From the IMG/VR virus record IMGVR_UViG_3300047321_000170, positions 18,937 to 82,936 of that record: DNA of 64,000 nucleotides. One strand, given 5' to 3'. The translations under genes were made by a program, and so were the position numbers. The stretch comes from a virus. Positions 1 to 9,254 of the stretch are shown piece after piece. Position 1 is the stretch's first letter, and each line of letters starts with the position of its first letter. The notes beneath the pieces are model-generated. The model was not told the DNA's origin, did not search any database, and was given only the letters and a program-made list of their open reading frames with translations.

Positions 1-1224
1 CGCCCATTCAGTCCTGCCCCACCACCGGGCCGCAAGGATGCACTGATACGCACACTGAAGATCCAGCTCGGGCTCTCGTGCAACTACAGCTGCGAGTACT
101 GCTCGCAGCGCTTCGTGCCTCACGCGGAGCCAACCGGCCCTTACTCTGTCGACCACTTCATGTCTCGCCTCACCTGGTCCGTCACGCTGGCCGACGATGC
201 CGAAGTCGAGTTCTGGGGTGGTGAGCCGCTGGTCTACTGGAAGACGCTTGTTCCATTGGTGGACGCGCTTCGCATGCGCTACCCGGCGCTGACGCTGAAG
301 ATGATCACGAACGGCTCGCTGCTCGACGCGAACAAGGTCAGCTGGCTGGTCACGAACGGCTTCCATATCGGCCTGTCGCACGATGGCCCCGGTCAGAAGG
401 TGCGCGGTCCTGATCCGCTCGACGAGCCACAGACGCGCGACGCCATCCTCTCGCTGTATCGACGGCTCGCACCGCTGGGGCGCATGTCGTTCAACACGAT
501 GCTGCACAAGGACAACCGGTCGCGCGCGGCAGCGCAGGACTTCTTCGTCAAGCTGACGGGTGACGCGAACGTGCCCATCGGTGAGGGCATGCTGATCGAC
601 GCCTACGACGAAGGCGGCAAGGGCATGTCCATGCTGGATCTGGACGCGCACATCGACTACCGCAAGCAGACCTTCGACGAGCTGCGCGCTGGCCGCGCCG
701 TCAACTTCACGAGCGTTACCGGGAAGATCCATGACTTCGCGGACTCGCTTCAGACGAGCCGCCCCGGCTCCTCGGTCGGCCAGAAGTGCGGCTCGGATCG
801 CAGCGACGTGGTCACCGTGACACTGAACGGCGATGTGCTGACGTGCCAGAATGTGTCGGCAGTCTCGACGGCCCCCAACGGCAAGCCTCACCGAGCGGGC
901 TCCATCGAGAGCATCGACAGCGTAAAACTCGAGTCCTCGCGCCACTGGTCAACACGCGTGAACTGTTCGAGCTGCCCGGTCGTGCAGCTCTGCAAAGGCT
1001 CCTGCATGTTTCTGGAGGGCGACCTCTGGGACGTGACGTGTGAGAGCGCCTACAGCGACAACGTGGTGTTCCTGGCCACCGCCCTGTTCGAGCTGACTGG
1101 CTGCACCCTGAAGACTATCAAGCCGATGACGGGGCACTTGCCCGAGCACCGTCGCAACGTCTTCGGCCCACTCACCACCAAGCGGACCACCACCCGCCAA
1201 CCGATCTGGATCAAACAGCAATGA
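1..1224 (+). CDS. Radical SAM/SPASM-domain protein (5' truncated by window edge)
   Basis: Frame 1 is open from base 1 and contains CNYSCEYC (CxxxCxxC, ~79-102), WGGEP, TNG, and a C-terminal SPASM-like CSSCPVVQLCKGSC. Confidence 0.9.
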   Translation, partial: RPFSPAPPPGRKDALIRTLKIQLGLSCNYSCEYCSQRFVPHAEPTGPYSVDHFMSRLTWSVTLADDAEVEFWGGEPLVYWKTLVPLVDALRMRYPALTLKMITNGSLLDANKVSWLVTNGFHIGLSHDGPGQKVRGPDPLDEPQTRDAILSLYRRLAPLGRMSFNTMLHKDNRSRAAAQDFFVKLTGDANVPIGEGMLIDAYDEGGKGMSMLDLDAHIDYRKQTFDELRAGRAVNFTSVTGKIHDFADSLQTSRPGSSVGQKCGSDRSDVVTVTLNGDVLTCQNVSAVSTAPNGKPHRAGSIESIDSVKLESSRHWSTRVNCSSCPVVQLCKGSCMFLEGDLWDVTCESAYSDNVVFLATALFELTGCTLKTIKPMTGHLPEHRRNVFGPLTTKRTTTRQPIWIKQQ

Positions 1225-1604
1225 ACGAAGCTACCCAAGCCCTCGACCCCCAACCGTTGATCGACGCACTGACGCGCCAGCGCAACGAACAATGCGACCG
1301 TGTCGCGCAAGCTGAGGCCGCGCTCTTCTCGACGCAGGCCGCGCTCCAGCAGACGCTGGCCAACCAGGCGAAGACGCAGTCGATGCTTGACGACACGCTG
1401 GTTGCGATGAAGCAACAGCAGGATCTGCACGCGACCAGTCTGGATGAACGAGAGCGCATCGAAGCCGGTCTGCGCGATCAGATCAAGAGCTTGGAGTCGC
1501 AGCTCGACTCCTACACGCGCGTACCCACAACCGTAGCCGTCTCTGTGGAGATGCCGCCTGAGGCTCCGGCACCGCTGGCCTATCCGGGGTCAATGCCTAC
1601 CTGA
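1221..1604 (+). CDS. Coiled-coil hypothetical protein
   Basis: ATGA overlap with upstream gene; Q/A/L-rich heptads. Confidence 0.75.
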   Translation: MNEATQALDPQPLIDALTRQRNEQCDRVAQAEAALFSTQAALQQTLANQAKTQSMLDDTLVAMKQQQDLHATSLDERERIEAGLRDQIKSLESQLDSYTRVPTTVAVSVEMPPEAPAPLAYPGSMPT

Positions 1605-1631
1605 CACCACCGTGGTTCAGCGTAGTTCATA

Positions 1632-1655
1632 AGGGAACCTAACAGGTTCCCTTTT
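1632..1655 (+). terminator. Intrinsic terminator
   Basis: AAGGGAACCT-AAC-AGGTTCCCTT hairpin ending in TTTT. Confidence 0.7.
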
Positions 1656-1678
1656 GCTTTGCTGTGCGAAGAAACTCT

Positions 1679-1707
1679 TTGTGTTGGGTTTACGCGGCCA
1701 ATAAAAT
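1679..1707 (+). promoter_or_regulatory. Putative sigma70-like promoter for lysis genes
   Basis: TTGTGT-N17-TAAAAT. Confidence 0.45.
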
Positions 1708-1710
1708 TTC

Positions 1711-1736
1711 GGCACTCACCACCACCACAGAGTGCC
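1711..1736 (+). promoter_or_regulatory. CCACCAC-loop leader hairpin upstream of endolysin
   Basis: GGCACTC-ACCACCACCACA-GAGTGCC, 4 nt before ATG 1741. Confidence 0.75.
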
Positions 1737-1740
1737 CCTC

Positions 1741-2271
1741 ATGTCCGTCACATCCGATCAGCTGCGGAAGATCTGGACGCATGCTCCTTCAGTGCGCTGC
1801 GTGTCGTTCGCGCCGCTGCTGAGCAGCGCAATGCAGCGCTTTGGCATCGACACCCCCGAAGAGATCGTCGAGTTCCTGGCTCAAGTCTCGCACGAGTCTG
1901 GCGAAGGCCAGTGGCTCAAGGAGCTGGCCAGCGGCAAGGCCTACGAAGGCCGTAAGGATCTCGGCAACACGCAACCGGGCTGGGGTGTTCTCTACAAAGG
2001 CCGCGGCTTGATCCAATGCACGGGATACACGAACTACGTGCTTATGGGCCATCTGTTGGGCCTAGACCTGATCAACCATCCGGAGCTGCTGGAAGAGCCC
2101 GCTAACGCGTGCTTGAGCGCCGCAGCATTCTGGTGGAACCACCATCTCGATAACCTCGCGTTGAAGAAGGACTTCGTCGGTGTGACGAAGGTCATCAACG
2201 GCGGAACGAACGGCCTCAAGGAGCGTGAAGAGTATCTGGCGCTCGCCCGCGCCGCTCTGGGAGTGAACTGA
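1741..2271 (+). CDS. Endolysin, glycoside hydrolase family 19
   Basis: FLAQVSHES, YKGRGLIQCTG, SAAAFW, TKVINGG motifs. Confidence 0.92.
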   Translation: MSVTSDQLRKIWTHAPSVRCVSFAPLLSSAMQRFGIDTPEEIVEFLAQVSHESGEGQWLKELASGKAYEGRKDLGNTQPGWGVLYKGRGLIQCTGYTNYVLMGHLLGLDLINHPELLEEPANACLSAAAFWWNHHLDNLALKKDFVGVTKVINGGTNGLKEREEYLALARAALGVN

Positions 2272-2681
2272 TGCCACGATCCAGCGACTTCATCGCAAGA
2301 CTAGGCTTCACGACCTACACACTGGTCGTGTGTCTCACTTCCATCTTCTCTAACAACTGGGTGGCGGTTGTGAGTCGGTATAGCGGAGGGGCGGTCTTCT
2401 CGACGCTCCTCCTGCTGACCGGCACGTTGCTGGTGATCGACCTGGTCATCAACGACCTCATGCCCGAGCGGTTCGTTTTCCAATGGGGTTTGAAGTGGCG
2501 TCACTGGGTCTACCCCTGCGTGTCATTTGCCTTCACGTCGCTCCTTTTTATCGCTGAACAAACCTATAAGAGCGTCCCTCTCGACGCCCTCGCGGTCTAC
2601 GGCTCGATGGCCCTTATCGGCGTCGTGCTGAGTTTCCGCAATCTCTTTTCTGAACGGGGTCGAGTGTGCAAAGAACACTAA
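2271..2681 (+). CDS. Membrane protein, holin/antiholin candidate
   Basis: About 4 hydrophobic helices; located in lysis cassette. Confidence 0.65.
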   Translation: MPRSSDFIARLGFTTYTLVVCLTSIFSNNWVAVVSRYSGGAVFSTLLLLTGTLLVIDLVINDLMPERFVFQWGLKWRHWVYPCVSFAFTSLLFIAEQTYKSVPLDALAVYGSMALIGVVLSFRNLFSERGRVCKEH

Positions 2682-3067
2682 GAATCTGGGCGCTCTTGCT
2701 GGCGCTCACCTGGTCCGCAGCGGCCTATGCAGCAACCCATGCACAAGTCGCATTCGGTTCTGACCTGGCCCGCATCCCGATGCTGGCCTATGTCATCACG
2801 ATCGTGCTGAGCGGCATCGGTGGCGCCGCTTCCACGCTTCAGAAGCTGTCGCGCGCCGCAGACCTGTCGCGCTGGCAGCTGGAGGTCGTGAAAGACACCG
2901 TGTCGGCAATCGTCGCGGGCCTGCTCGTGTTCTTCCTGTGCGAGTCGTTCGAGTGGGATTCAGCGCGCGAGGCCTTCGCGATCACGATCGCCGGCTACGG
3001 AAACTCGAAGCTGATCGACCTGATGTTCCGCAACTTCGTGAAGCAACTGCCGGAGCCGAAGCAATGA
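2666..3067 (+). CDS. Putative holin
   Basis: Multiple TM helices; between endolysin and spanins. Confidence 0.7.
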   Translation: MQRTLRIWALLLALTWSAAAYAATHAQVAFGSDLARIPMLAYVITIVLSGIGGAASTLQKLSRAADLSRWQLEVVKDTVSAIVAGLLVFFLCESFEWDSAREAFAITIAGYGNSKLIDLMFRNFVKQLPEPKQ

Positions 3068-3600
3068 GCCTCCAATTCACAGCCATTTGTGCCGCCGTCG
3101 CCGCGTTGGTTGCGGCAGGCGGCAGCTGGTACGTGACCCGCGATGTCTACAAAGCCGACATCGCAGTCATGCAACGCGACGCGGCGACTGCGGCGGAACA
3201 CGCGCAGCAGCATCTCGACAGCGCGCTGGCTTTCGCGCAGACGCAGTCTCAACTCGATCTCAACGCGATCGACCAGAACTACAGGACGAAGATCAATGAA
3301 AAGGATTCTCAGCATCAGCTCGATGTCGCTGCTGTGCGCAACGGCACTCTCCGCTTGCGTGACAGCGCCGCAACCTGCCGCGCCGCAGATGAACAAGTTC
3401 CAACTGGCACCAGTGTCAGCGGAGCTGATGGAGCCGGTGGTGCCGAACTATCGCCTGCGGCTACTGAGTTTCTTCTCGGAGAAGCCGACCGAGCAGACGG
3501 CCAAGCCCTTCGCGTTACAGCCCTCCAGCAAGTAGTCGCTGATGACCGCAAGGTCATCGACGAGCTGGTGCGCAGCTTGATGGGGGTAGCTGCAAAGTGA
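3064..3600 (+). CDS. i-spanin (Rz-like)
   Basis: N-terminal TM, coiled coil, C-terminal EADRAD..ALQ; nested lipoprotein gene. Confidence 0.85.
   Translation: MSLQFTAICAAVAALVAAGGSWYVTRDVYKADIAVMQRDAATAAEHAQQHLDSALAFAQTQSQLDLNAIDQNYRTKINEKDSQHQLDVAAVRNGTLRLRDSAATCRAADEQVPTGTSVSGADGAGGAELSPAATEFLLGEADRADGQALRVTALQQVVADDRKVIDELVRSLMGVAAK
3296..3535 (+). CDS. o-spanin (Rz1-like lipoprotein), nested in +1 frame
   Basis: MKRILSISSMSLLCATALSAC lipobox and Pro-rich mature region inside Rz. Confidence 0.85.
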   Translation: MKRILSISSMSLLCATALSACVTAPQPAAPQMNKFQLAPVSAELMEPVVPNYRLRLLSFFSEKPTEQTAKPFALQPSSK

Positions 3601-4301
3601 CCATCGCTGCTCCGCTCTCAGTCGCGCCTGTCAATCCGGAAGGCCAGCCGATCGTGCTGGTCATCGCGCCGGTCTACAACAATCTCGGAACAAACATGCC
3701 TGTGAAGCTCCTGCATGGAAGTGGTGCGCCGTCTAATGACATCGGTACGGACGGCGACTCCTACATGAACGACGACAACGGATACTTCTACGGGCCGAAA
3801 GCAAACGGCCTGTGGCCGTCTGGCTACTCGCTGAAGGGGAACACCGGGGATCGTGGGCTCGATGGCGCACCGGGCGATCCGGGGCCTGCTGGCCCCAAGG
3901 GCGCTGACGGCGCAGCTGGTCCGCAGGGTCCGAAAGGCGACAGCTTCTATGACGTGTTCACGTACCCGATTCCGGACGTGGCGCCGGGGGCGCATGCCGA
4001 GCTGGACATGACAGGCTCGGTCCCCTCCTTCGGCAAGACCACCGTCATGTTCCAGTCGGTGCGCGTGGTCGTGCAGACGGCCGATCCGTACCGCATCGAG
4101 ATCTGCGAGCGTGACGCGCAGAACGCCGACACGGTGATCTACGCAAGCGCGCCGCAGCTCGACGCTTCGTACCGTGACAGTCGGCCGTTCACTGCGGACA
4201 AGCTCGATCCTGCGAACAAGCTGATCTTCAAGTTCTATAACCAGGCGTCGAGCACGACGATCTCTGGCGCGCAGTTGCGCACTGTCTCGACGGGAGTGTA
4301 A
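3597..4301 (+). CDS. Fibre-associated protein with short collagen-like segment
   Basis: GSGAPSNDIGTDGDSY..YGPK motif plus about 12 Gly-X-Y triplets. Confidence 0.7.
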   Translation: MTIAAPLSVAPVNPEGQPIVLVIAPVYNNLGTNMPVKLLHGSGAPSNDIGTDGDSYMNDDNGYFYGPKANGLWPSGYSLKGNTGDRGLDGAPGDPGPAGPKGADGAAGPQGPKGDSFYDVFTYPIPDVAPGAHAELDMTGSVPSFGKTTVMFQSVRVVVQTADPYRIEICERDAQNADTVIYASAPQLDASYRDSRPFTADKLDPANKLIFKFYNQASSTTISGAQLRTVSTGV

Positions 4302-7235
4302 ATGCGACCACCGTGGGACTCAGTCAACGACTTCCTTCAGATCTACCCCGGTACGCTGAATCAGGGGCTGGACCCGGCGAACCTGCGCGACCAGTTCTTC
4401 CCGGCCAGCGCGTTCGTGCTGAACGAATCTTTCACGCTGCCTGGCGGAACTGGCAAGACTACCGGGGCGTGGTCGTCGGATTCTGGCGACCAGACGATGC
4501 CGGCCGCGCAGATGGAACCTCGCGTCTACTGCACGAAGGGCAAGGCAACGCTCAACTTCAACGGCACATCGCTGGTCCTGCGTATTCAGCTTGACTCGGA
4601 CTGGGGCACTGCCGCGATCTACATCGACGGCAAAGCTCCCAGCACGATGGGTCTGGCTACCGCGCTCGACACGATCAACTGCAACCTCGACACGTCCAGC
4701 TACCCCGGCATGCAGCCGGGAGTGCGTCAGTACATCGACGTGCTGGTGGCAGATGGACTGACACCAGGCCTGCACACGGTCGACCTGTATGCGACGAACG
4801 GCGGGACTACCAAGTACCTGGTGGTCTCGGGTGCGAAGGTACGCTCGTACAACAAGCAGCCGTTCGTGCTCAGCGGCTGGAAAGCAGCTAACCTGAATAC
4901 CGGCAAGCTGACGCTCGCGAACCGTGGTGCGGACGCCGTGCTGAACGTGACGTTGCAGGTTCCGGCGACGTTCAAGCAGGCAAGCGACGGCACCGCCTTC
5001 GCCTCACCGATCGCGGTCGGGAACCTGACGCCTGACTCACAGTTCGACCTCAACTATTCGATCGACGGCTCGGGCCAGCCCGACAACGTCTCGATCCCGC
5101 TGTACCTGTCGGGGCTCTACCGAGATCCAGCTGGCGCCGTCCAAGTGAACACGCCGTTCACCTATGGCATGACCAGCTCCGCGGTCACCTTCGGCCCGCT
5201 CAACGGCTGGTCGTTCGACGCGGATACACCCGATGGTTCCACGCGCGCGATCTCGAATGGCACGGCCAAGACGCTCAGCTTCTTCACGAGCGCAACCTCG
5301 GTGGACTTCACACTCCAGCGCGACAACGGCTGGGGCACAGCATCCGTACTGGTCAACGGCGTCTCGTACGGCACGCTCACGTCCAACGATGCAGTAGGTG
5401 GAGGCTTCCTCGCGGTTCAGACGATCTCTGGTCTGCCGGCTGGTAAGAAGCAGGTTGTCATCTCGACGCTCGGGACAGCAGCTCACCCACTCGTCATCAC
5501 CAAGATCGCTGGTCAGAACAGCGACTGGTACTCGCAGGTTAATGAAACCATCTTCGTCAACTACGCCTTCAGCAACGTACCTCCGTTCGCTGTTGATGCG
5601 GCATGGGCGAAGGACGATGTCGGCGTGACGTGGGTCAATCCCGACACCAGCAAGGTGGATCTCAGCATCCCGCGAGACAGCCGCAATGCAACCGGCGTGC
5701 GCGCGTATGCCCGGTTCCCCACCTTCGCGGTCTACTACCAGAGTGGCAAGCAGGACATCCTCTCCAGCTATGACCTCGTGATCGTGGACCCCAACGGGGT
5801 CTCACGACAGGACGTGCAGGCTCTTCAAGCCAAAGGGATCAAGGTTCTAGGATACGTCTCGTTCGGCGAAGAAGACGGCATCGTGCAGGACATCTACGAT
5901 CCGAACTCGCCGATCGGCCCGTGGAGGGATGACGGCCTGGGCACTGGCGGCTACGCCTCCTACTACAACAAGGGCGGCAACCTGTACGGCGAGCCCACCG
6001 AATGCAATCGCGACCTTCAGCGCACACAAGGCCTGAAGCAGTGCGAGCTGGGCCGCGCCGAATACTTCACGGGTCGCGGTCGATGCAGCCAGGCCTGCAC
6101 GTTCGACAGCCGCGCTGGCTACGTGACGTACAGCGCGGGTGGCAAATGCGGCGGTGGCTTCACGAGCAGCAATAACTGGATTCGTGACGAGTCGGCAGCA
6201 TGCACGAACGGTGACTGCCCCAAGTACACGCCGGTCAACAAGAAGTGCCCGAAGTGGATCGAACCAGATGTGGGTTGGGGGCAGGACTTTTCGCAGACGG
6301 AAGACTTCCCTGACCAGAACGGCATCTGGGGCTCGACGTACATCAACCCGCTCGCGCCAAGGTGGAAGGAGAAACTTCAAACCTTGTACCTTCCGACTGT
6401 GCTCGATGCTGGCGTGAAGTACATCGAAGAGGTCAAGACACTCGTGGCCTATGGCTCGACACAAATGAGCTTCCGTGCCGCCCACTGGCCGATCGACGAT
6501 GCCGAAGAGTTGGTCCTCACCAACGCTGACCGCAGCATCACGTACACGCCGAATCTGCACTTCGGATACGACAAGGCGACCGGCGCGTTCACGATGGACA
6601 ACAACGTTGGCGTGGAAGACTTCGGCTGGCCTCCGCTCGTCGCGGGACAACAGCTGTTGCTCACGTACACGCGCAAAGGCCTGCAATGCGATGGCGTGTT
6701 CATGGACACGGTCGATACGGTTGACATCTACCCGTCCGACGCATTCCAGCAGGCGATGGCTGACATGATCAACAGCCTGTTCGACGAGCGTAAGGCCACC
6801 ACGCCCAAGCTCTTCTGCTCGAACCGTGGCTTCACGATCCTGCCGAAGATCGTCCAGTCGTGTGAGTACGTCATGTTCGAGAGCTGGCTCACGGACTATG
6901 ACTTCGAGAAAGGCGTCTATGGCCCGATCACAGATCCTGAGTCCATCGCGTTCAACAACGGTGTGAAGGCGATGCTCCGTCAGCTGCGGCGTGAGCACAC
7001 CTTCGATGTTCTGTCGTTGAACTACTGCACGAACGGCCCTGCTGGCAACACGCTGCGTCAGTACCTGTATGACACCGACTCGGCGGAAGGCTACATGAGC
7101 TGGTCTTCCGTGATTGAACTCGACGACCCACTCCCGCAGCAGCAGATGCAAACGACTGTCGCCGCCGCGATCCGTTCGAACGTGTGGGCACTGCTGCGCA
7201 GCGGCGGTCTCACTGACGGCCAACCTAATAGCTAA
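4302..7235 (+). CDS. Large polysaccharide depolymerase-like protein (two beta-sandwich domains plus GH114/GH166-like TIM barrel)
   Basis: YDLVIVDP, KVLGYVSFGE, DGVFMDTVD, NRGF, VMFES motifs; repeated WGTA.(I/V).(I/V)(D/N)G beta domains. Confidence 0.7.
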   Translation: MRPPWDSVNDFLQIYPGTLNQGLDPANLRDQFFPASAFVLNESFTLPGGTGKTTGAWSSDSGDQTMPAAQMEPRVYCTKGKATLNFNGTSLVLRIQLDSDWGTAAIYIDGKAPSTMGLATALDTINCNLDTSSYPGMQPGVRQYIDVLVADGLTPGLHTVDLYATNGGTTKYLVVSGAKVRSYNKQPFVLSGWKAANLNTGKLTLANRGADAVLNVTLQVPATFKQASDGTAFASPIAVGNLTPDSQFDLNYSIDGSGQPDNVSIPLYLSGLYRDPAGAVQVNTPFTYGMTSSAVTFGPLNGWSFDADTPDGSTRAISNGTAKTLSFFTSATSVDFTLQRDNGWGTASVLVNGVSYGTLTSNDAVGGGFLAVQTISGLPAGKKQVVISTLGTAAHPLVITKIAGQNSDWYSQVNETIFVNYAFSNVPPFAVDAAWAKDDVGVTWVNPDTSKVDLSIPRDSRNATGVRAYARFPTFAVYYQSGKQDILSSYDLVIVDPNGVSRQDVQALQAKGIKVLGYVSFGEEDGIVQDIYDPNSPIGPWRDDGLGTGGYASYYNKGGNLYGEPTECNRDLQRTQGLKQCELGRAEYFTGRGRCSQACTFDSRAGYVTYSAGGKCGGGFTSSNNWIRDESAACTNGDCPKYTPVNKKCPKWIEPDVGWGQDFSQTEDFPDQNGIWGSTYINPLAPRWKEKLQTLYLPTVLDAGVKYIEEVKTLVAYGSTQMSFRAAHWPIDDAEELVLTNADRSITYTPNLHFGYDKATGAFTMDNNVGVEDFGWPPLVAGQQLLLTYTRKGLQCDGVFMDTVDTVDIYPSDAFQQAMADMINSLFDERKATTPKLFCSNRGFTILPKIVQSCEYVMFESWLTDYDFEKGVYGPITDPESIAFNNGVKAMLRQLRREHTFDVLSLNYCTNGPAGNTLRQYLYDTDSAEGYMSWSSVIELDDPLPQQQMQTTVAAAIRSNVWALLRSGGLTDGQPNS

Positions 7236-7245
7236 CGAGGCACCT

Positions 7246-8337
7246 ATGACAGTTCTCTTCACCGATGGCATGGACAGCTACGCAACTGCTGCCGATGTCG
7301 TGCTTAAGTGGGCCGCTTGCTCGATGGCCTTCGACTCTACTGCTGGCCGCTTCGGCGGTGGCTCGCTGCACGCCGCGGGTGTGACGCCCCAGTCGCTCGC
7401 GACGCCGCTCTTCCCGAGCAACGTCAAGTACGAGACGGTCTTCAACTTCGGCTTCAATTTCAAGTCGGTCGCCACCGACAGCTACGACTCGATCACCGCA
7501 GGCAAGCCGCTCGTCGCACTGCCTAACAACTTGGGCTCGGGCGCCCAGCTCGCAGGCATCCTGTATGTGAATCCGGCCAACGGTGGCGGCAACATCGTCA
7601 TGGGCCTGCTGGGCTCGACGAACCTGGGTCTGCAAGCAGCCGGCCGCGCGAACCTGCTTGATGGACGGCAGCACTGGGTCGAAGTGCAGCTGAAGATCTC
7701 GTCGAACGCAGCGAACGGCATCTGCACGGTCTACGTTGACGGCGTTCAGGACCTGGTCTACACGGGCGCGACGGCGGTGGGCGCGCTCACGTCGCTCAAC
7801 GGCAACGTCAACCTGTGGAACGGCGCACCGAACAACGCGAACGCCCACATCTGGTTCGACGACTTCATGCTCTGGGACACGACCGGCAACGCTGCATTGG
7901 ATCTCACAACCTTCCCGGTTGGTCCGCAGCGCATCGTAACGCTGGACCCGAACGCTGACGGTGACAACATCGACTTCACGCCGAGCGCGGTGGGCACACA
8001 CTTCGGTCTTGTCTCCGGTTCCTACAACTCGGCGAGCTACGTGAGCGACGCGAGCGGTAACACAGGCCATCTTGAACTCTTCAAGTTCCCTGCTCTCCCC
8101 TTCGTGCCGAACGCAATCACCACCCTGGTCCTGAACCTGTTCGGCCAGAACCCTGGCTCGACTGCGCTGAACATTCTGCCGAAGGTGAAGCTCTCGGGCA
8201 CCGTGGCCACGGGCGCGTCAATCAGGCTCTCGAACGGCGTGAACAAGCTCTCGCAGACATCGTTCCCGCGTGACCCGGCAGGCAACGTCTGGGTTCCGGC
8301 GAACGTCAACATCGTCCAAGCCGGCGTGGGTGACTAA
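7246..8337 (+). CDS. Virion protein with lectin/LamG-like beta fold
   Basis: G/N/T-rich; HWVEVQ..VYVDG..WFDDF pattern; SD GAGG. Confidence 0.6.
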   Translation: MTVLFTDGMDSYATAADVVLKWAACSMAFDSTAGRFGGGSLHAAGVTPQSLATPLFPSNVKYETVFNFGFNFKSVATDSYDSITAGKPLVALPNNLGSGAQLAGILYVNPANGGGNIVMGLLGSTNLGLQAAGRANLLDGRQHWVEVQLKISSNAANGICTVYVDGVQDLVYTGATAVGALTSLNGNVNLWNGAPNNANAHIWFDDFMLWDTTGNAALDLTTFPVGPQRIVTLDPNADGDNIDFTPSAVGTHFGLVSGSYNSASYVSDASGNTGHLELFKFPALPFVPNAITTLVLNLFGQNPGSTALNILPKVKLSGTVATGASIRLSNGVNKLSQTSFPRDPAGNVWVPANVNIVQAGVGD

Positions 8338-8891
8338 TGGCCACCGCACTCAAGCGCGTCAGCAAGGTTCAGCAGGAGGTCGTAGCCAGCCAGGCTTCGA
8401 AGCCTGCTGCACGTCAGGTAACCAAGATCTCCGCTGAGCTGGTGCAGACGCTCGGCATCACTGAGGCAGCGGGGCGTGTCAGCAAGGCCCAGGTCGAAGC
8501 CGTGGTCGCGCCGTCCACGCGACCAGCTGCTCGTGCGCTCACGAAGGCGAACCTCGACGTGGTGGCCGCAGCACTGACGGACGCGCCCACGCGGCAAGTG
8601 CGGCGTGCCTACATCGAAGTGCTGTGTTCGCAACAGGAGAAGCTGGTTGTTGGTCTGCCGGATCTGGGCGAGGTCAACCCTTTCCTCGTGAACATGCCGG
8701 TCGTGGCTGTCGTTCGCACAGTGGCCAAAGTCAACGGCCAGGAAGTAGAGACGCCGCTGAATGACTGCAAGCGCGTCTGGTATCGGATGACGGTCACGAA
8801 GAGCAACGGGCAGCAGCTACTGCCTTTTGTCGACGACGAGCCACGGCTGAAGCCTAACCCCACAGGACACGACGAGCCTCAAACGTACTAA
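8337..8891 (+). CDS. Hypothetical protein with five ~20-aa repeats
   Basis: RVSKVQQEVV / QVTKISAELV / RVSKAQVEAV / ALTKANLDVV / QVRRAYIEVL. Confidence 0.7.
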   Translation: MATALKRVSKVQQEVVASQASKPAARQVTKISAELVQTLGITEAAGRVSKAQVEAVVAPSTRPAARALTKANLDVVAAALTDAPTRQVRRAYIEVLCSQQEKLVVGLPDLGEVNPFLVNMPVVAVVRTVAKVNGQEVETPLNDCKRVWYRMTVTKSNGQQLLPFVDDEPRLKPNPTGHDEPQTY

Positions 8892-8898
8892 GCACCAC

Positions 8899-8918
8899 CG
8901 CCCGTCCACCACCGGGCG
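8899..8918 (+). promoter_or_regulatory. CCACCAC-loop leader hairpin
   Basis: CGCCCG-TCCACCAC-CGGGCG. Confidence 0.7.
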
Positions 8919-8936
8919 CCTACAAGGAAATGGATC

Positions 8937-9254
8937 ATGCCAGCTGGCCGCTACAACCTTTTGATCGAGCAAGGCGCAACCTTCCGCCTTCCGTTCATCT
9001 ATCGCGACGTGGGCGGTAATCCCGTCCAGTTCGACAACATGCAGGGCGTGATGACGCTGTTCGATCCGAATGGCACAGTAGTCCTGAAGAAAACATCACC
9101 AGATGGTGTGCGCCTCGCAGTCGCAGGCTCGATCGACATCGAGCTGACGGCGGTCGAGACCGCAGCCCTCTCGGTCGGTGGGACGTATCGCTTCGAGCTG
9201 GTCAACGGCACGGATGTCGATCGGGTGCTCAAGGGAACGTGGAGCCTCGAATGA
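8937..9254 (+). CDS. Small Ig-like fibre adaptor protein (BppU N-terminal-like)
   Basis: YNLLIEQGATF..GSIDIELT..T.AL..YRFEL..RVLKG pattern. Confidence 0.6.
   Translation: MPAGRYNLLIEQGATFRLPFIYRDVGGNPVQFDNMQGVMTLFDPNGTVVLKKTSPDGVRLAVAGSIDIELTAVETAALSVGGTYRFELVNGTDVDRVLKGTWSLE

Noticed and set aside
14-36. CCACCAC hairpin at window start
   Set aside because: Lies inside the radical SAM reading frame (PPPG) with unknown upstream context, so it was not counted as a leader site.
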